From the NCBI GenBank assembly GCA_035250245.1, contig DATFFH010000019.1, positions 14,167 to 78,166 on the forward strand: DNA of 64,000 bases, written 5' to 3'. Position 1 is the first letter of the stretch; each line of letters starts with the position of its first letter. The position numbers were made by a program, and so were the translations under genes. This stretch comes from Luteimonas sp. (GTDB lineage Bacteria > Pseudomonadota > Gammaproteobacteria > Xanthomonadales > Xanthomonadaceae). Shown one piece after another: positions 62,330 to 64,000 of the stretch. The notes below the pieces were generated by a model. The model had not been told where the DNA came from. It worked only from the letters and a program-made list of their open reading frames with translations, and searched no databases.

Positions 62330-63027
62330 TGTCCTCACCGAAGCTCCCGGCGCACCCCGCATTCGCCGAATGGGACGGCAGCGTCGTCCATGCGCGCGCG
62401 ATGCAGGCCGAATTGGCCAAGCGCGTGGTGCTGCGCGACGGTTTCGCCAAACCGGCGCGCACGATCGCCGGTTTCGACGTAGGTTTCGAGGAAGGCGGCG
62501 AAGTCACCCGTGCGGCGGCGGTGCTACTGGATGCGCGGACGCTACAGCCGATGGAATCGCATGTGGCGCGGATACCGACGGTAATGCCGTACGTACCCGG
62601 GCTGTTGTCTTTCCGCGAACTGCCGGCGCTGCTGGATGCGCTGGCGATGCTTGCGAACAAGCCCGACCTGGTGTTCGTCGACGGCCACGGCATCGCCCAT
62701 CCGCGCCGGCTCGGCATCGCCGCGCATTTCGGCGTGGTCACGGATTTGCCCTGCGTTGGCGTAGCCAAGAAGATCCTGGTGGGCACCTCCGCCGAACTGC
62801 ACCAGATGCGCGGCGCCTACGTCACGCTGCGCCATCGCGGCGAGCAGATCGGCTGGCTGCTGCGCAGCAAGATCAACTGCAATCCGCTGGTGGTGTCGCC
62901 CGGCCATCGCGTGGCGATGGCCTCGGTGGGCGATCTGGTGATGCGGTACGTGACGACCTACCGCCTGCCGGAACCCACGCGTCTGGCCGATCGTCTGGCA
63001 TCGCGCAGGGACGCCGAACGGGGTTAA
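62329..63027 (+). CDS. nfi: Endonuclease V
   Basis: [48 protein letters not shown]. Confidence 0.95.
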   Translation: MSSPKLPAHPAFAEWDGSVVHARAMQAELAKRVVLRDGFAKPARTIAGFDVGFEEGGEVTRAAAVLLDARTLQPMESHVARIPTVMPYVPGLLSFRELPALLDALAMLANKPDLVFVDGHGIAHPRRLGIAAHFGVVTDLPCVGVAKKILVGTSAELHQMRGAYVTLRHRGEQIGWLLRSKINCNPLVVSPGHRVAMASVGDLVMRYVTTYRLPEPTRLADRLASRRDAERG

Positions 63028-63104
63028 GCGCCGGCGCCGTCGGTTCACGGCGCGCTCGGCCCAGGCCGGTTAGGCTTGCCGCGGACCCTTCGCAGGAGCG
63101 CCCG

Positions 63105-63533
63105 ATGTCCCTTCCGATCCTCGCCAGACCCGCCATGATCGCGATCGCCGCCTTCGCCATCGGCTGCAGTTCGACCAGCACGGCCGGCGATTCGGCTGCG
63201 CCCACGGCTTCGTCCGAACCGGCGACCGCATCGGTCGCGGTCGGACAAACCTTCGCCATGTCGCCGGGCCAGAGCGTCGCCCTGCCGGATCGCGGCACGC
63301 TGCGCTACGTCGGCGTGAAATCGGATTCGCGCTGCCCGCCCGACCGGCGCTGCGTGTGGGCGGGCGACGCGGAAGTCTCGTTCGAATGGAGCGCGGGCGG
63401 CGCGGCGGCGGAATCCTTCGTCCTGCATACCGGCTTCAGGGACAAGGCGAGCAAGTCCGTCGGCGGCCGCACCGTGACCTTGGTGTCGTTGGATCGCGGC
63501 GCGAAGCCGCAAGCGCAGCTGAAGCTGGATTGA
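63105..63533 (+). CDS. Hypothetical lipoprotein
   Basis: AIGC lipobox; SDSRCP...CVWAGDA motif; AGGAG RBS. Confidence 0.7.
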   Translation: MSLPILARPAMIAIAAFAIGCSSTSTAGDSAAPTASSEPATASVAVGQTFAMSPGQSVALPDRGTLRYVGVKSDSRCPPDRRCVWAGDAEVSFEWSAGGAAAESFVLHTGFRDKASKSVGGRTVTLVSLDRGAKPQAQLKLD

Positions 63534-63544
63534 CCGTCGCCTTT

Positions 63545-63615
63545 GTAGAGTCGAGCCTGCTCGACTGCTCTTACTCAACACGAACGGAAAAGCAGTCGAG
63601 CAGGCTCGACTCTAC
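63545..63615. repeat. GTAGAGTCGAGC REP doublet
   Basis: Inverted pair. Confidence 0.85.
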
Positions 63616-63622
63616 AAAAGCA

Positions 63623-63889
63623 TTAGGGGCTTGGCGTGGCGCGGGCACGCGCCGAGCGCACGATGCCGTACACGCTGATCGCTACCCACACCGTTTGCAC
63701 CACGAATACGGAGACGTTGAATTTGCCGTACAACGACGTCAGCAATCCTAGCGCGCCGAACAAATTCATCAGCTGGTAGATCAATCCCGTGCCCGCGATC
63801 CGGCGGGCCTGCAGCAGATAGAAAGCCGCCAGCACCAGCAAGGCCCCGGCGATGCCGACCCAGTCGTACCATTCCATATTGAGCGACAT
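63623..63889 (-). CDS. Small three-TM membrane protein (CBU_0592-like)
   Basis: DWVGIAG..LVLAAF.LLQ, YQLMNLFGA.GLL.SL, WVAISVYG. Confidence 0.75.
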   Translation of the reverse strand: MSLNMEWYDWVGIAGALLVLAAFYLLQARRIAGTGLIYQLMNLFGALGLLTSLYGKFNVSVFVVQTVWVAISVYGIVRSARARATPSP

Positions 63890-63920
63890 CGTTTCCCTCC
63901 CCTGCTCGACGAAAATCGGA

Positions 63921-64000
63921 TCAAGCCTGCCGCTGGCGCACGGCCTCGAACAAAGCTACGCCCGTGGCGACCGACACATTCAAACTCTCCACGCCAGACG
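63921..64000 (-). CDS. rlmB: C-terminus of a SpoU-family rRNA methyltransferase (partial)
   Basis: GVESLNVSVATGVALFEAVRQRQA-stop. Confidence 0.8.
   Translation of the reverse strand, partial: SGVESLNVSVATGVALFEAVRQRQA

Noticed and set aside
62370-63533. 387-aa ORF
   Set aside because: The first part is an alternate frame of nfi; only 63105-63533 looks like a real lipoprotein gene.

Overview
High-GC Xanthomonadaceae-like chromosome segment, probably Lysobacter or a relative (inferred from gene content and repeat style). It is mostly housekeeping DNA. In order: 3' end of a tRNA-Ser, SRP RNA (ffs), moaACDE, Kdo kinase and GT9, tRNA-Ser(CGA), dnaQ-rnhA-gloB-mltD-fabI, tig-clpP-clpP-clpX-lon-hupB-tRNA-ppiD, a Pro-Arg-His-Lys-Leu tRNA cluster split by two accessory islets, idh, grxC, bepA, phoBR-ppk1-ppx with a Pho-box GT4/PAP2 pair, creBCD, rlmJ, ohr/ohrR, mfd, nfi and the rlmB 3' end. 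Intergenic DNA is full of about nine families of palindromic REP-like repeats; I saw no transposase, integrase or CRISPR. The strongest find is a rifamycin ADP-ribosyltransferase (arr) whose leader holds an exact 19-bp match to the rifamycin-associated element (RAE) as I recall it from actinomycetes. That element is embedded in two face-to-face sigma70-like promoters (TTGCCG-N17-TATAAA and TTGCCG-N17-TAAAAT) plus a tiny terminator, so it may be a regulator-free rifamycin-sensing switch in a gammaproteobacterium. Other highlights: a CGTC-type REP doublet inserted in frame inside mfd, a tandem tRNA-derived multi-hairpin repeat after tRNA-Ser(CGA), two tandem catalytically intact clpP paralogues, REP-donated stop codons, a frameshifted MmcQ/YjbR gene and a small secreted 4-Cys peptide. 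All calls are by eye; no searches were run.
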